Below, in pieces: positions 48,181 through 57,945 of a stretch of DNA of 64,000 bases (positions are counted from its first letter, which is position 1; the number at the start of each line of letters is the position of its first letter). Origin of the DNA: Andalucia godoyi And28 (Eukaryota > Protista > Jakobida); assembly GCA_009859145.1 (NCBI GenBank), contig VRVR01000018.1, forward strand, positions 129,688 through 193,687. The letters run 5' to 3'. Under the pieces are notes generated by a model. It was not told the DNA's origin. It was given only the letters and a program-made list of their open reading frames with translations, and ran no database searches. The position numbers were made by a program, and so were the translations under genes.

Positions 48181-49791
48181 TCAAGATTTTAAGATCTCGT
48201 CGGCATAAAAGATGTCGTCGAATTCGACATCGATGGCGTTCTTCTGTGGTGGCCCTCGCGGAACTGTTGGAGACTCCGGCTGAGACTGGCTGCGAATGGA
48301 CTGGCCAGTCGCCCACTGATAAGCGGCTTCAATCTCGCGATCGTCATCGTCGGAAGACGTTGCGCCCGTCGTATCGCTGTCCGACACCATGTCATGGACG
48401 TCGACTGGTCCAGCAGGTTTTGGACTCCTTCTCGGGTCTTCCGTTCCGGTAGTGAATTCGTGGTGATGTGATCGCAACTCCTTGAGATAGTTGTCGTATG
48501 CCACGGTGACCCGATCATGAAGAGCAAGGCCGTGAGAGGCGGAGAACTGCTCAGATCGCACACGCTCTTCACTGCGACCGGCGGGTTCACCCAACGCAAT
48601 CGCCTCCATCTGCTTTGCAATCTCTTCGCGCAGCGCTCGATCCAAATCCTGGTTGTCCAAATCCGATGCAACCCCGTCGTCTTCTGCAACAGAAACCGAG
48701 GACACCGATGAGACATCCGATGCAAGTGATTCTGCGTAGTCATACGATCGATTGTGCACGGTTCTGCGCACTTGCTCAAAGAAGCCGTCGATCAGTTGCA
48801 AGAACTGATTTCGAATCGACGAATTCTTGAACAATCGCCCGTGAACAGACAATCGCAGCACGACTGATCTCAAAAACTGCAATTCTTGCATATCCTGGCT
48901 TTCGGCAGTCCACTTTTCAATCGTCTGCAACAGCAGATGACGTTCATCCTGCCTCTCCGACAAATGATCAACGGAATGCCCCGGATGTCGATGTGCCTGT
49001 TCTGCAAGTGCATGTTCAAACAACTCTGCCGCTTCATCTCGATCGTTTTCAAGCACAGTGTTCGCATCCTGCTCCACTTGAGCATGATTCTGCATCTGGA
49101 CTTTCGCAAAGTCATCAACCTCCTCGGAAATCTCACTGATCGCATCTGCACCGTTCTCTTCGTTTGCATATTGTCCAAAGAGCATGGAAGACTGCACTTC
49201 CTGACGGAAATTCTGCGTCCTTTGCATCGAGCCATCCAAGCCGCCAGATCCAGATCGAGCCGTCGACGGTCGTCCATAATACTGAAAGTACGCTTTGAAG
49301 AATTCCCGGCGCTCGTCATCCCGAACCAGGTGATCGGCGAAGCGTAGAGCCATGTTCAGATCACTCCATTCTTCGTCGACACCGCCTTGCAGAGACTCTC
49401 GAACGACAGTTGATGACAACAATTGCTCAATTTCCTCCTCTTCTTCCTCTCCACCACCACCACCATCATCATCATCATCAACAACAACAACACTATCATT
49501 GCCCCTGTGTCGTTGATGTCGACGCACGGACGGATACGCCTGTGGTGGACTCGAGTTTTGGCCGTTCAGCCTGGACATTTCGAATCGTTCGGCCCGAAGT
49601 CTGCGCGCTTGTGCAAAGCGGCCTATGCGTCCATCAGGTGAGCTTGCAATTGCAGATCTAGACACAACATGCGGCGAAAAGCCAAGATGTGCTTTTGGCC
49701 GGCTCGGAATCGGGTCCGAGTAGACTCCGCGGCCCTCATCGTCTCGGATACGACTATATCGCTGAGGAGGCGTATGGAAACCAGACGCCAT
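48181..49791 (-). CDS. Hypothetical acidic/helical protein (536 aa)
   Basis: Long ORF with two helical blocks (MALRFADHLVRDDERREFF; LLLQTIEKW...QLIDGFFEQV) in disordered context. No family recognised. Confidence 0.75.
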   Translation of the reverse strand: MASGFHTPPQRYSRIRDDEGRGVYSDPIPSRPKAHLGFSPHVVSRSAIASSPDGRIGRFAQARRLRAERFEMSRLNGQNSSPPQAYPSVRRHQRHRGNDSVVVVDDDDDGGGGGEEEEEEIEQLLSSTVVRESLQGGVDEEWSDLNMALRFADHLVRDDERREFFKAYFQYYGRPSTARSGSGGLDGSMQRTQNFRQEVQSSMLFGQYANEENGADAISEISEEVDDFAKVQMQNHAQVEQDANTVLENDRDEAAELFEHALAEQAHRHPGHSVDHLSERQDERHLLLQTIEKWTAESQDMQELQFLRSVVLRLSVHGRLFKNSSIRNQFLQLIDGFFEQVRRTVHNRSYDYAESLASDVSSVSSVSVAEDDGVASDLDNQDLDRALREEIAKQMEAIALGEPAGRSEERVRSEQFSASHGLALHDRVTVAYDNYLKELRSHHHEFTTGTEDPRRSPKPAGPVDVHDMVSDSDTTGATSSDDDDREIEAAYQWATGQSIRSQSQPESPTVPRGPPQKNAIDVEFDDIFYADEILKS

Positions 49792-50089
49792 CTTTCTGCA
49801 ATACAAAATACCGACGGCAGCGTTTCTCTTACAAATTGTCCAATTGTCGAATATTCACACAAAATCTCTCTCTCAAAGAAGAAGAAAATTAAATTAAGAA
49901 AATTAAACAATAATAAAAGAAAATAAAATAATAGAAGAAAAATAAAAAAGAAAACGGTGTCAGCGAGGCGGGACTGGATCTACAGTTGCTGCATTTTATT
50001 TATTCTTTCCGTTTCTTTTTCTCGGAACCCGCTCACGCACTCACGCACTGCCATGCAGCACAGGGCACAATGATGAAAAAGAGTCAAGA

Positions 50090-53000
50090 TCAGTTTGACG
50101 CTTCGCTGATCTTTTGAATTGCATACTCTTTCATGGAATCCTTCAACCTGACTGCACGGTCATCTCCAAACTTCTCCTTGATCATCTCAAAAATAGCACG
50201 AGGCGTCATTCCCGTCGTTGAGTGGCTCACAAAATACTCGTCAATGGCGGCCTTCACATCCTGATCACTCTCTCCAAAAATTGGTTCTGCTTGCACGACT
50301 GCCGAATCCACATTCCCACCTTCCCGTTCCGGATCCTCGTCATCACTCTCAAGCCGTGCATGCTTTCGCTTTTGGGCGGCCTTCTTGGAAGACGACGAAG
50401 CAGAACTCAAGGACGCCGGTTTCGGCTTACGTTTTGACACGGACTCTGCGTCTCGCTGATCTGCCTCAGCCCCACCATCCTTGCCATCACCGCCTTCTCC
50501 TTCTCCTTCTTTTTCTTCTTCTTCTTCTCCTTCTCCTTCTCCTTCTTTTTCTTCCTCCTCCTCCTCTTCCTCCATGACGCGTCTGCGCTTCTTTGGTCGA
50601 GCAGCAGTCTGTTCGTCCGACAAAGGCTTTTCATCCTCCTCAGAAGCACTCGATCGGTCGTCTGCGGATTCTTCACTTTGCTCCTCGTCGGAGGAGGAGT
50701 TCTTGGAAGATTTCTTCGTGGCTCGCTTCTTTTGAGACGATTTGCGTTTGCGCTTTTCTGATAACTCGCCGTCATCCTCTGCAGCCTTTCTTTTTCTCCT
50801 TGTCGTCTTCTCCTTCTTTGTGGATCCGACAACAGCATCCTTCATCTCCACATCAGCATCAGCGTCGGCTTCGGCATCGGCGATAACCACGTCTGATTCT
50901 GCCTTGCTCTTCTGGAGTGTTAGGATGGTCTCGAGCGTCTGTTCACGCATTGCACGGAGCCGCTCCGCAATCGTAGGGTTGAGGCCGGTGCCAGGCTGCG
51001 CAGTCTGCGCGGAACTGGACGGCTGTGCAAGAACCTCCGCCTTCCGCGCTTGTGCGAGAACACGATCCATGCTAATGGCTCGAGTCAATGCTTCCTCCGC
51101 GCGGACGATGCCCTTTTCGATGTCTGCCATCAATGCGGTCACTCGAGACGCAAGACTAGATGAGTACTTGGACAGAATATCGCTATTGTCTTCAATTACT
51201 GCCTTCGCTGCTTTTAGACGCTCCAAACAGGAAGTTGCTCGCGTAACCGTGAGATACATCTTTTCCTTTTGCAAAATGGCTTCAGAGTGTCGAAGAAGGA
51301 CGACAGCGCGATCATAAATGTACAAATGCGCCAAGGATCCCGCAGAGCCCTCGTGCTCTTTCAAAACCTCCAGTGCTCGATCGAATTCTGCATTGTCAAA
51401 CAACGCACGCGCAAGGCACAGAATAACAGTGGTACGAGATCCCATAATCGGGCTTGTATCCCATTGTTCCAAGACGGATTCATACAATGAAATTGCTCTT
51501 CCGAATTGCTTATTGGCAAGCTCTATATGCGCTGAGTTGAGTGTCAAAACACCAGCGAGATGGATGTTCTGCGATTCACGCACCTTTGAGATAATCCGCT
51601 GCGCGTCTTCCAAGTAACCCTTCTCTCCAAGCACCGCAGAAAGACCAACAGCGGAATACGAGCTGTCGCATTTGCTTGACATGCCCCAAGAAAAGAAATC
51701 CGTGGCATACCCGAGGTACTTTTCCACTCTTGACGGATCCGTCTCCGAGCACGCCTGAACAAAGTAAATGTGTCCCAACCCTAACTTTGCCAAAATATCG
51801 TGCTCATCCATCTTCAGGATCTTCTGGAAAGCTTGCTGTGCAGCAATCAGATTCTTGTCCTGAAGATGGGCAAGGCCCAGTACGTAGAGAGTCAGCTTGT
51901 CCTTGGGATGTAGCTCGGTCGCAAGCATGATCCAGGAAATCCCTTCATCCTTCTTGCCTTGGCCGCGACAGAGATCCGAAAGCCTGTAGTAGACTGCCTG
52001 ATAATAAGGATGGGATTTCACAATGGCAAGATAGCGCTCTCTCGCCTCATCGAGATGTCCACAAGCCTCCATGGCCCGGGCAACATTGAACTTGAAAGCA
52101 AGGGAGCTTCTTTGCGGATTTTCGGAATCGGAATCCGCAAGTTTCAGCAGGGCCAGTGCGTCCGAATACTTGTGATTCGAAAAGTTGAGACACGCACTGT
52201 TGTTTAAAACAGCAAACGGAACCTTTTTGTGTTGTTTTTGCAGCAACAAAGAGGCTTTTCCCATTGACGCCTCCGCCTTCTTCGCATCTCCTCGAGAAAC
52301 TTGAATCATGAACAGATCTAGCAACAAGTCCACATCTTCGGGGAACTTTGGCACAACTTCCATGTAAAGCTCGTGCGCCTTGTCAAGCTCTCCTTTCCGA
52401 GCGTATGTGTATGCAAGAACTCGGAGGACATCCGGAACATTCCCCACCTTCTGTCGAACCCCTTCTAGATCAGCGATCGATTGATCTATTCGTCCATCTC
52501 TGATGAAGACCTGTGCACGGCCGAACTTGGCCAAAACGTTCCCCTCGTGCAACGACATCGAAAGCTGGTAGTACTTTGCAGCACGCGCATAGTCCCCAAG
52601 TGCATGCATGCTCCTTCCGACCTGGAACGCGGCTTCTGCTTGGATCTCTTTTGAGGTCGACATGAAGTAGGAATTCAGCGCACATTTCACACAGTCCTGC
52701 AGGTTCCCTGACTGGAAAAAATGATCAGACAACAGATTGAGGACAATGGGATGTTCAGGATTTCGTTCAAACGCAACCTCGATTTCCTTCAGCGCCATTT
52801 CCTTCTTGTCCGAACGCTCAGAAAACAGATAGCACAGAGCAGTTCCCACAACTGCCTCGACAGCGTCAACGCCATTTGCATCAACCAAAACCTGCTGAAA
52901 TGCTGCCATCGCTCGAGGTACATTTCCCAAAGCCAGCTGGCAGTATCCGGCACCGATGCGAATGTACGATGGACAGTTCTCCAACGTGACAGCCATCTTC

Positions 53001-53572
53001 TTGAACGTTTCCAGTGCCTGATCGTACCGCCCATCACGGAACAAAATGAAGGCGTGGCACAAAAGCCCCAGGTACTGGGATTCCGCAGAAGGATACTCAG
53101 GGGCCTGCGCTGCGGTTTTCTTCACGTTTCCGCTCAGCAATTCACAAAATTCCAAGCCAACCAATGCTGCAGGAAACTCGATCATTGGCAAATCTCTCAG
53201 AATACGAAGAGCCTCCCAGAATGGCTTGTGTCCCATATCCAGAAGCTTCTTTCGCTGGTCGGCATCCGTCGTCTGCATCGCTTGCATTAGAAAGTCCGCG
53301 CCACGTGCATACAGAACTGGGAGCAGATCTTGAAGATGCGCGTTCCCAGCAGAGCTGTGCGTTTCAATGGCAGTTTCAATAAGAGTTCTGAATTCGTGCA
53401 TGTGACGCATTCTGTAGTACCACATGGCAATATCATACCACATGCGAAGTGGCTGGCGTTCTGAGCGCAACAGATTCAGAACGTGGTCAAAGTCATCCGA
53501 CTGTAGATCAATCGACACAAGATCTTCGCCGTTTCGGATCTGCAGAGCAAAGACTGAGGTCGACGCTGCCAT
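50090..53572 (-). CDS. CTR9: PAF1 complex subunit CTR9 (TPR repeats) with a DEK-C-like C-terminal domain, 1160 aa
   Basis: L..ERQPLRMWYDIA..YY, CPSYIRIG.GYC, HPIVLNLLSDHFF, LAKFGRAQVFI, FNVARAME, HPYYQAVYYRL, AAVGL-type TPRs and a charged tail. Confidence 0.9.
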   Translation of the reverse strand: MAASTSVFALQIRNGEDLVSIDLQSDDFDHVLNLLRSERQPLRMWYDIAMWYYRMRHMHEFRTLIETAIETHSSAGNAHLQDLLPVLYARGADFLMQAMQTTDADQRKKLLDMGHKPFWEALRILRDLPMIEFPAALVGLEFCELLSGNVKKTAAQAPEYPSAESQYLGLLCHAFILFRDGRYDQALETFKKMAVTLENCPSYIRIGAGYCQLALGNVPRAMAAFQQVLVDANGVDAVEAVVGTALCYLFSERSDKKEMALKEIEVAFERNPEHPIVLNLLSDHFFQSGNLQDCVKCALNSYFMSTSKEIQAEAAFQVGRSMHALGDYARAAKYYQLSMSLHEGNVLAKFGRAQVFIRDGRIDQSIADLEGVRQKVGNVPDVLRVLAYTYARKGELDKAHELYMEVVPKFPEDVDLLLDLFMIQVSRGDAKKAEASMGKASLLLQKQHKKVPFAVLNNSACLNFSNHKYSDALALLKLADSDSENPQRSSLAFKFNVARAMEACGHLDEARERYLAIVKSHPYYQAVYYRLSDLCRGQGKKDEGISWIMLATELHPKDKLTLYVLGLAHLQDKNLIAAQQAFQKILKMDEHDILAKLGLGHIYFVQACSETDPSRVEKYLGYATDFFSWGMSSKCDSSYSAVGLSAVLGEKGYLEDAQRIISKVRESQNIHLAGVLTLNSAHIELANKQFGRAISLYESVLEQWDTSPIMGSRTTVILCLARALFDNAEFDRALEVLKEHEGSAGSLAHLYIYDRAVVLLRHSEAILQKEKMYLTVTRATSCLERLKAAKAVIEDNSDILSKYSSSLASRVTALMADIEKGIVRAEEALTRAISMDRVLAQARKAEVLAQPSSSAQTAQPGTGLNPTIAERLRAMREQTLETILTLQKSKAESDVVIADAEADADADVEMKDAVVGSTKKEKTTRRKRKAAEDDGELSEKRKRKSSQKKRATKKSSKNSSSDEEQSEESADDRSSASEEDEKPLSDEQTAARPKKRRRVMEEEEEEEEKEGEGEGEEEEEKEGEGEGGDGKDGGAEADQRDAESVSKRKPKPASLSSASSSSKKAAQKRKHARLESDDEDPEREGGNVDSAVVQAEPIFGESDQDVKAAIDEYFVSHSTTGMTPRAIFEMIKEKFGDDRAVRLKDSMKEYAIQKISEASN

Positions 53573-54071
53573 CTTCACAACACCAAGCAGCAAACAAAAC
53601 CGAAAGATACTCAACAGAGAGAAGGAAAGACAGAGATACGGGAAACTGTCGAAGCATAGGAACGCACAGGAGAAAGGCTTTTCCGAGGTATCTGAAGCCA
53701 GGGTCTCGGGGGGACGTGCGCAGAATGGGTGTGTAGCATCAAGGGATGCGATACGGGCCGGCAGGGAACACTACAGTCCGTGCGATCTCCGTATTCTTCC
53801 CGATCCAGTTGCGCCGCAGTTTCTCTCTTTCTCTTTTTTCCTTTCAGGTATTTTATTATTTTTTGGTGGCTCTTTTGCTGAGCTTCATCTCAGACTTCAA
53901 AAGACGCGTGCATCTAGAAAGGGGAGGATTGAGAGCACAACGGAATAAACGCGTCTCTCTTCAATTGAAAGGAGATTATTTTTTTTCGCGTGTGGAATCA
54001 GAACTTGCATTTTGAAAACACACACATACACACACACACACACACACACGCACGCAGGGGTCCTTTGGAAG

Positions 54072-55679
54072 ATGATTGGTTCTTCTGAAGAGGACACGGA
54101 CCAATATTTATTAGCTCACCGACATTCTTTTCGCTCTTCTTCAATGGCTTCGACTGTGTCGCCTCCGTCCTCTCCAAGCCCGCCATCGCCATCGCCATCG
54201 CCATCATCACCGTCAGCGTCGCCATTACCTGGAACCGACGTTGCAAACCGGGAATCGCCGTCAAGCATTTCGGCTGCCACACCACCTCGTTTGAACCAGG
54301 AAACGCTGCGTCCGGAAGAATCAGCTGTCATTGCAGAGCCCCGAAGTGCAGTTCGGGAGGAATCTTTTGGCGGAAAAGGCATGGCAAATCAATCGGGTGC
54401 AGATCGATGTAGCAGTGGTGGAACGTCATTGGCACATCCGGACTCGGTTGCTGTGTCTGTCATTCCTGCGGACATTGTGGATCCAAATGACGTGCCGTTT
54501 GAGAGACCGTATCCAGTTGAGTCGGAAACCGATGAAGGTGCCATGGTAAGCTACGGGAGCACAAATGAGCAAACAGATGGCGAGCATGTTGCGGGAGAGA
54601 TCATCGGCGGACCTGGCCAAACTGGGGGCTCATCTTCAAGATCAAACTCCGAGTCTGCACTGGCGATGTCGATGGCTATTACAGGAGAGAGACCACAGCA
54701 TCCGCTAGTTGTCAAGCACTACTACAAAGTGTGGCCAGGGAAACACATCATGTGTTGTGGCGGACGTCTGTTTTCGGGTCCAGATCTTCCCATTCTGTTT
54801 TATTCGCTGTTTCTGATTCTGTTGCCGTCGCTTATGTGGGCGTTTCTTGTGCTGCCGATTGTCGCAGAAGAAGGCGGGATTGTCGTTTGGGTTATTGCGG
54901 GACTGTTGGTCGGGCTATCCATCATTTTTTTGCTGTTGACTGCGTTGTCTGACCCTGGAATCATTCCACGTCAACCAAAGCCCAAGCTGCGTCCCGGTGA
55001 ACAGATACCGAGGTTCAAAACCGTTGCAATTGGTGGTGAAAATGTCAAGATGAAGTGGTGCGCAACATGCAATGTTTATAGGCCTCCTCGTGCATCACAC
55101 TGTTCTCGGTGCGACGCATGCATCTTGCGTTTCGACCATCATTGCCCGTGGACAGGCACGGACATTGGCGAGAGAAACTATCGATGGTTCTTATTCTTTG
55201 TCATTTGTGCTGCCTTTCTGTGTATCACGTCATTGGTGACCTCTGTGCTGTGCATTCAAATTAACGCATCGCGCTCTGGATCTATCGAGGATGCCATGGG
55301 GGAATCATGGGGTGCAATCGCGGTCATCTTTTTTGCCATCTCGATGTTTTGTTTTACAGGTCCTTTGTGCTGCTATCACATCTATCTGACCGTTTCCGAT
55401 CACACTACCCGAGAATCTGTTAAAGGTCGTCATGGTGAAGGGGCTTTCAGAAGACGGTCTTGCAGGCGAAATTGCACCCACGTTTTCTGCTCCCCAACCC
55501 CTAGCCTAGTCCGACGCGGGCTCCGTTCTTTGGTTCCTGTCACCGCCGATGGCAAGCCACGCGGCTTCATCCGACATCCCTATTATTCGCATTTTTCATT
55601 TCGAGACGACATAGAAGAAGCTGTTGCTGCTGCTCGTGCGAGCGATGCACAAGGGAATGGGAATGGCCATGAACCTTGA
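54072..55679 (+). CDS. DHHC palmitoyltransferase, ERF2/ZDHHC9-14-18-like (535 aa)
   Basis: YKVWPGKH.MCCGGRL..GPD, DPGIIPR, KWCATCNVYRPPRASHCSRCDACILRFDHHCPWTGTDIGERNYRWF, and TTRE. Confidence 0.95.
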   Translation: MIGSSEEDTDQYLLAHRHSFRSSSMASTVSPPSSPSPPSPSPSPSSPSASPLPGTDVANRESPSSISAATPPRLNQETLRPEESAVIAEPRSAVREESFGGKGMANQSGADRCSSGGTSLAHPDSVAVSVIPADIVDPNDVPFERPYPVESETDEGAMVSYGSTNEQTDGEHVAGEIIGGPGQTGGSSSRSNSESALAMSMAITGERPQHPLVVKHYYKVWPGKHIMCCGGRLFSGPDLPILFYSLFLILLPSLMWAFLVLPIVAEEGGIVVWVIAGLLVGLSIIFLLLTALSDPGIIPRQPKPKLRPGEQIPRFKTVAIGGENVKMKWCATCNVYRPPRASHCSRCDACILRFDHHCPWTGTDIGERNYRWFLFFVICAAFLCITSLVTSVLCIQINASRSGSIEDAMGESWGAIAVIFFAISMFCFTGPLCCYHIYLTVSDHTTRESVKGRHGEGAFRRRSCRRNCTHVFCSPTPSLVRRGLRSLVPVTADGKPRGFIRHPYYSHFSFRDDIEEAVAAARASDAQGNGNGHEP

Positions 55680-55769
55680 ACATCGGTTAATATGCGATTA
55701 GAATTTCCACCGTCGGCGTTGGAAATGTTTGTACGTACTCGGGTACTGCGAACTTGTAAAGGAAACCGT

Positions 55770-56052
55770 TGCCACTTATTGCGATATGATGAAGCAATCT
55801 AAAGCGCACGCAAACAAAAACACTGCCACGCGCCATGCGCATGCGTTTGTTATCTTCACAGCTCCGTCACACGATGCCCGATTCGTTTCGCCCCATTTTG
55901 GTCATAAAATCCCTATATAAATACGCCACCGCGTTGCATTCTCGCACAGCGACGCTCATTTCTTTATTTTTATTGTTATTGTCCATGCAACGCAACATCT
56001 ATCTTGGGAACGTCGCTCATGCCGAGGGGCGTGTTGGGGACCTACCCCCTTC
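55770..56052 (+). repeat. Dispersed non-coding element, copy C (3'-truncated, 283 bp)
   Basis: Same start as copies A and B (TGCCACTTATTGCGA). Similarity stops after CCTACCCCCTTC, where a T-rich tract begins. Confidence 0.93.
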
Positions 56053-56156
56053 TCTTTTTTTTTTCTTTTCATCTTGTACATTCTTTAATAAATTTTTTGT
56101 TTTTTTGTTTTTTTAATCTTCTCTTCTTTTATCATCGCACCAAACCTGCCTTTCAT

Positions 56157-57437
56157 CTACTTTTTGAACACCCTCGACATGGACTTTTCAATGATAGACA
56201 GTGCAAGAGACATGTCTGGTTCTGACAGCACCAGAGGCGGCATGAGTCGAATCGTCTCACGGGAACCAGCAGTCATGAGCATAAGCCCGTCCTCGAGCGC
56301 AGCACTGGTGACCTTTCCGGCACATCCCTTCAACAGCGGATCGAACTCAATTCCGATCATCAACCCAAGGCCTCTTGTGTCCTTTAGCGGAAACCGCTCT
56401 GCCCATTTGTTGACACGCATGAAATCCAACGCTTGCTGTCCACGAGCAACAGCGTTCTCCAGCAACTTCTCATCTCGGAGGACGTTGATGGTCTCGACGG
56501 CAGCCGCGCAGGAAACAGCGTTTCCGCCATACGTACCGCCGTGCGATCCGGGGATCCACTTGTCCATCAAACTTTCTCCATTCGCACAAACAACTGACAA
56601 GGGGAGACCCGATGCAATTCCCTTGGCAACGACCATAATGTCGGGGCGGATGTCATCGAGCTGCTCAATCGCAAACCACGAACCCGTTCTTCCCATTCCA
56701 GACTGTACTTCGTCCAGAATGAGCAAGATTCCCTCGCGGTCACACAATTCGCGAAGTTTCTTGAAAAATCCCGGGGGAGGGAGCACATACCCACCCTCGC
56801 CCTGGATGGGCTCCACAAGAATGGCCGCCGTATCCCCCGGAGCAGACCGGGTCTTCAACACATCTTCGACAGAATCGATTGGATCCCAGCAGCAAGGCTC
56901 TCCAGAACTCGCAGGGATGCGGCAAGAAGAGGAGCATCTTGGGAAGCGTGCAAAGTGAATTCCTGGAACTTGTCCACCTCCTCGCGAATACACGTTCTTA
57001 GACGCAGTCATTGACAGCGCGCCCATTGTCCGCCCGTGAAACGAGTTTTCAAAGCAAATGATGTTGTTCTTCTTTGTGACTTGCTTGGCGAGTTTCACAG
57101 CTGCCTCGATTGCTTCAGCGCCGGAATTCGTGAAAAAGAACCGGTTCAGCGACGGATCGGGCATGATATCCTGCAGCGACTCTGCAAGTTTGACTGCGGA
57201 CTCGGAATAGACAATGTTCATCTGCGCATGCATGATCTTCGACAACTGTTGCTGGGCAGCAGACACAACTCGAGGGTGGCAGTGACCTGTGTTGCAAACC
57301 GCAATTCCGGTCGTGAAATCAAGCCACTTCCTGCCATTCACATCCGTGATCCACGCACCGCGAGCTTCCTTTGCTACAATGTTCGTTACGCGAGACCACA
57401 CAGGAGCAAGCGCTTTCAGTCCAGGAAGCCTCGTCAT
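56157..57437 (-). CDS. gabT: Class III PLP aminotransferase, bacterial 4-aminobutyrate aminotransferase (GabT) type, 426 aa
   Basis: WLDFTTGIAVCNTGHCHPRVV, FFTNSGAEAIEAAVKLA, SFHGRT, AAILVEPIQGEGG, LILDEVQSGMGRTG, PDIMVVAKG (PLP Lys), GGTYGGN. The substrate is inferred. Confidence 0.85.
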   Translation of the reverse strand: MTRLPGLKALAPVWSRVTNIVAKEARGAWITDVNGRKWLDFTTGIAVCNTGHCHPRVVSAAQQQLSKIMHAQMNIVYSESAVKLAESLQDIMPDPSLNRFFFTNSGAEAIEAAVKLAKQVTKKNNIICFENSFHGRTMGALSMTASKNVYSRGGGQVPGIHFARFPRCSSSCRIPASSGEPCCWDPIDSVEDVLKTRSAPGDTAAILVEPIQGEGGYVLPPPGFFKKLRELCDREGILLILDEVQSGMGRTGSWFAIEQLDDIRPDIMVVAKGIASGLPLSVVCANGESLMDKWIPGSHGGTYGGNAVSCAAAVETINVLRDEKLLENAVARGQQALDFMRVNKWAERFPLKDTRGLGLMIGIEFDPLLKGCAGKVTSAALEDGLMLMTAGSRETIRLMPPLVLSEPDMSLALSIIEKSMSRVFKK

Positions 57438-57945
57438 GATCGTCACACACACTCACACAAACAAGCACTTTTTGAAAACAACAACAATAATAATGTATAT
57501 AAAATAAATGGCAGTGATAATAATACTGATGCTAATAACACTACTTTTTTTCGAATATCGATAGCGTCATAACAGGTGAAGAGAAGGGGGAAAACAAAAG
57601 CAAAAACGGAACTGACTGCCGCCAACCAACGAGAAGAAACACACGAAGAGGCCAAGAGGGGAAATCCATTGGGGAGAAACCGGTGAATCAAGTTGAAGCT
57701 AGCTATAACCCTCCAACTCAAAGGACTGGTGGACGGCTTGTGAATATATATCGTCGGAAGGCATGTCTGAGTTGACAGCCGTCGACATTGCTGTTGAATG
57801 AAAGGCCGACCTTTTCCCCCTCTGTTTGAGAGGCAGCCTGCAGCTGCTGTCCGAATGATGATTGATGAGGGACGCTCGCACAGATTTTCCTTCGGTGCTT
57901 GTAGCGAACGTCGGTTTTCAGCCGCGTGAGACGTGCCCATGTTCG

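Noticed and set aside
56164-56958. 264-aa antisense ORF over gabT
   Set aside because: Mirror-frame shadow of a conserved coding sequence.
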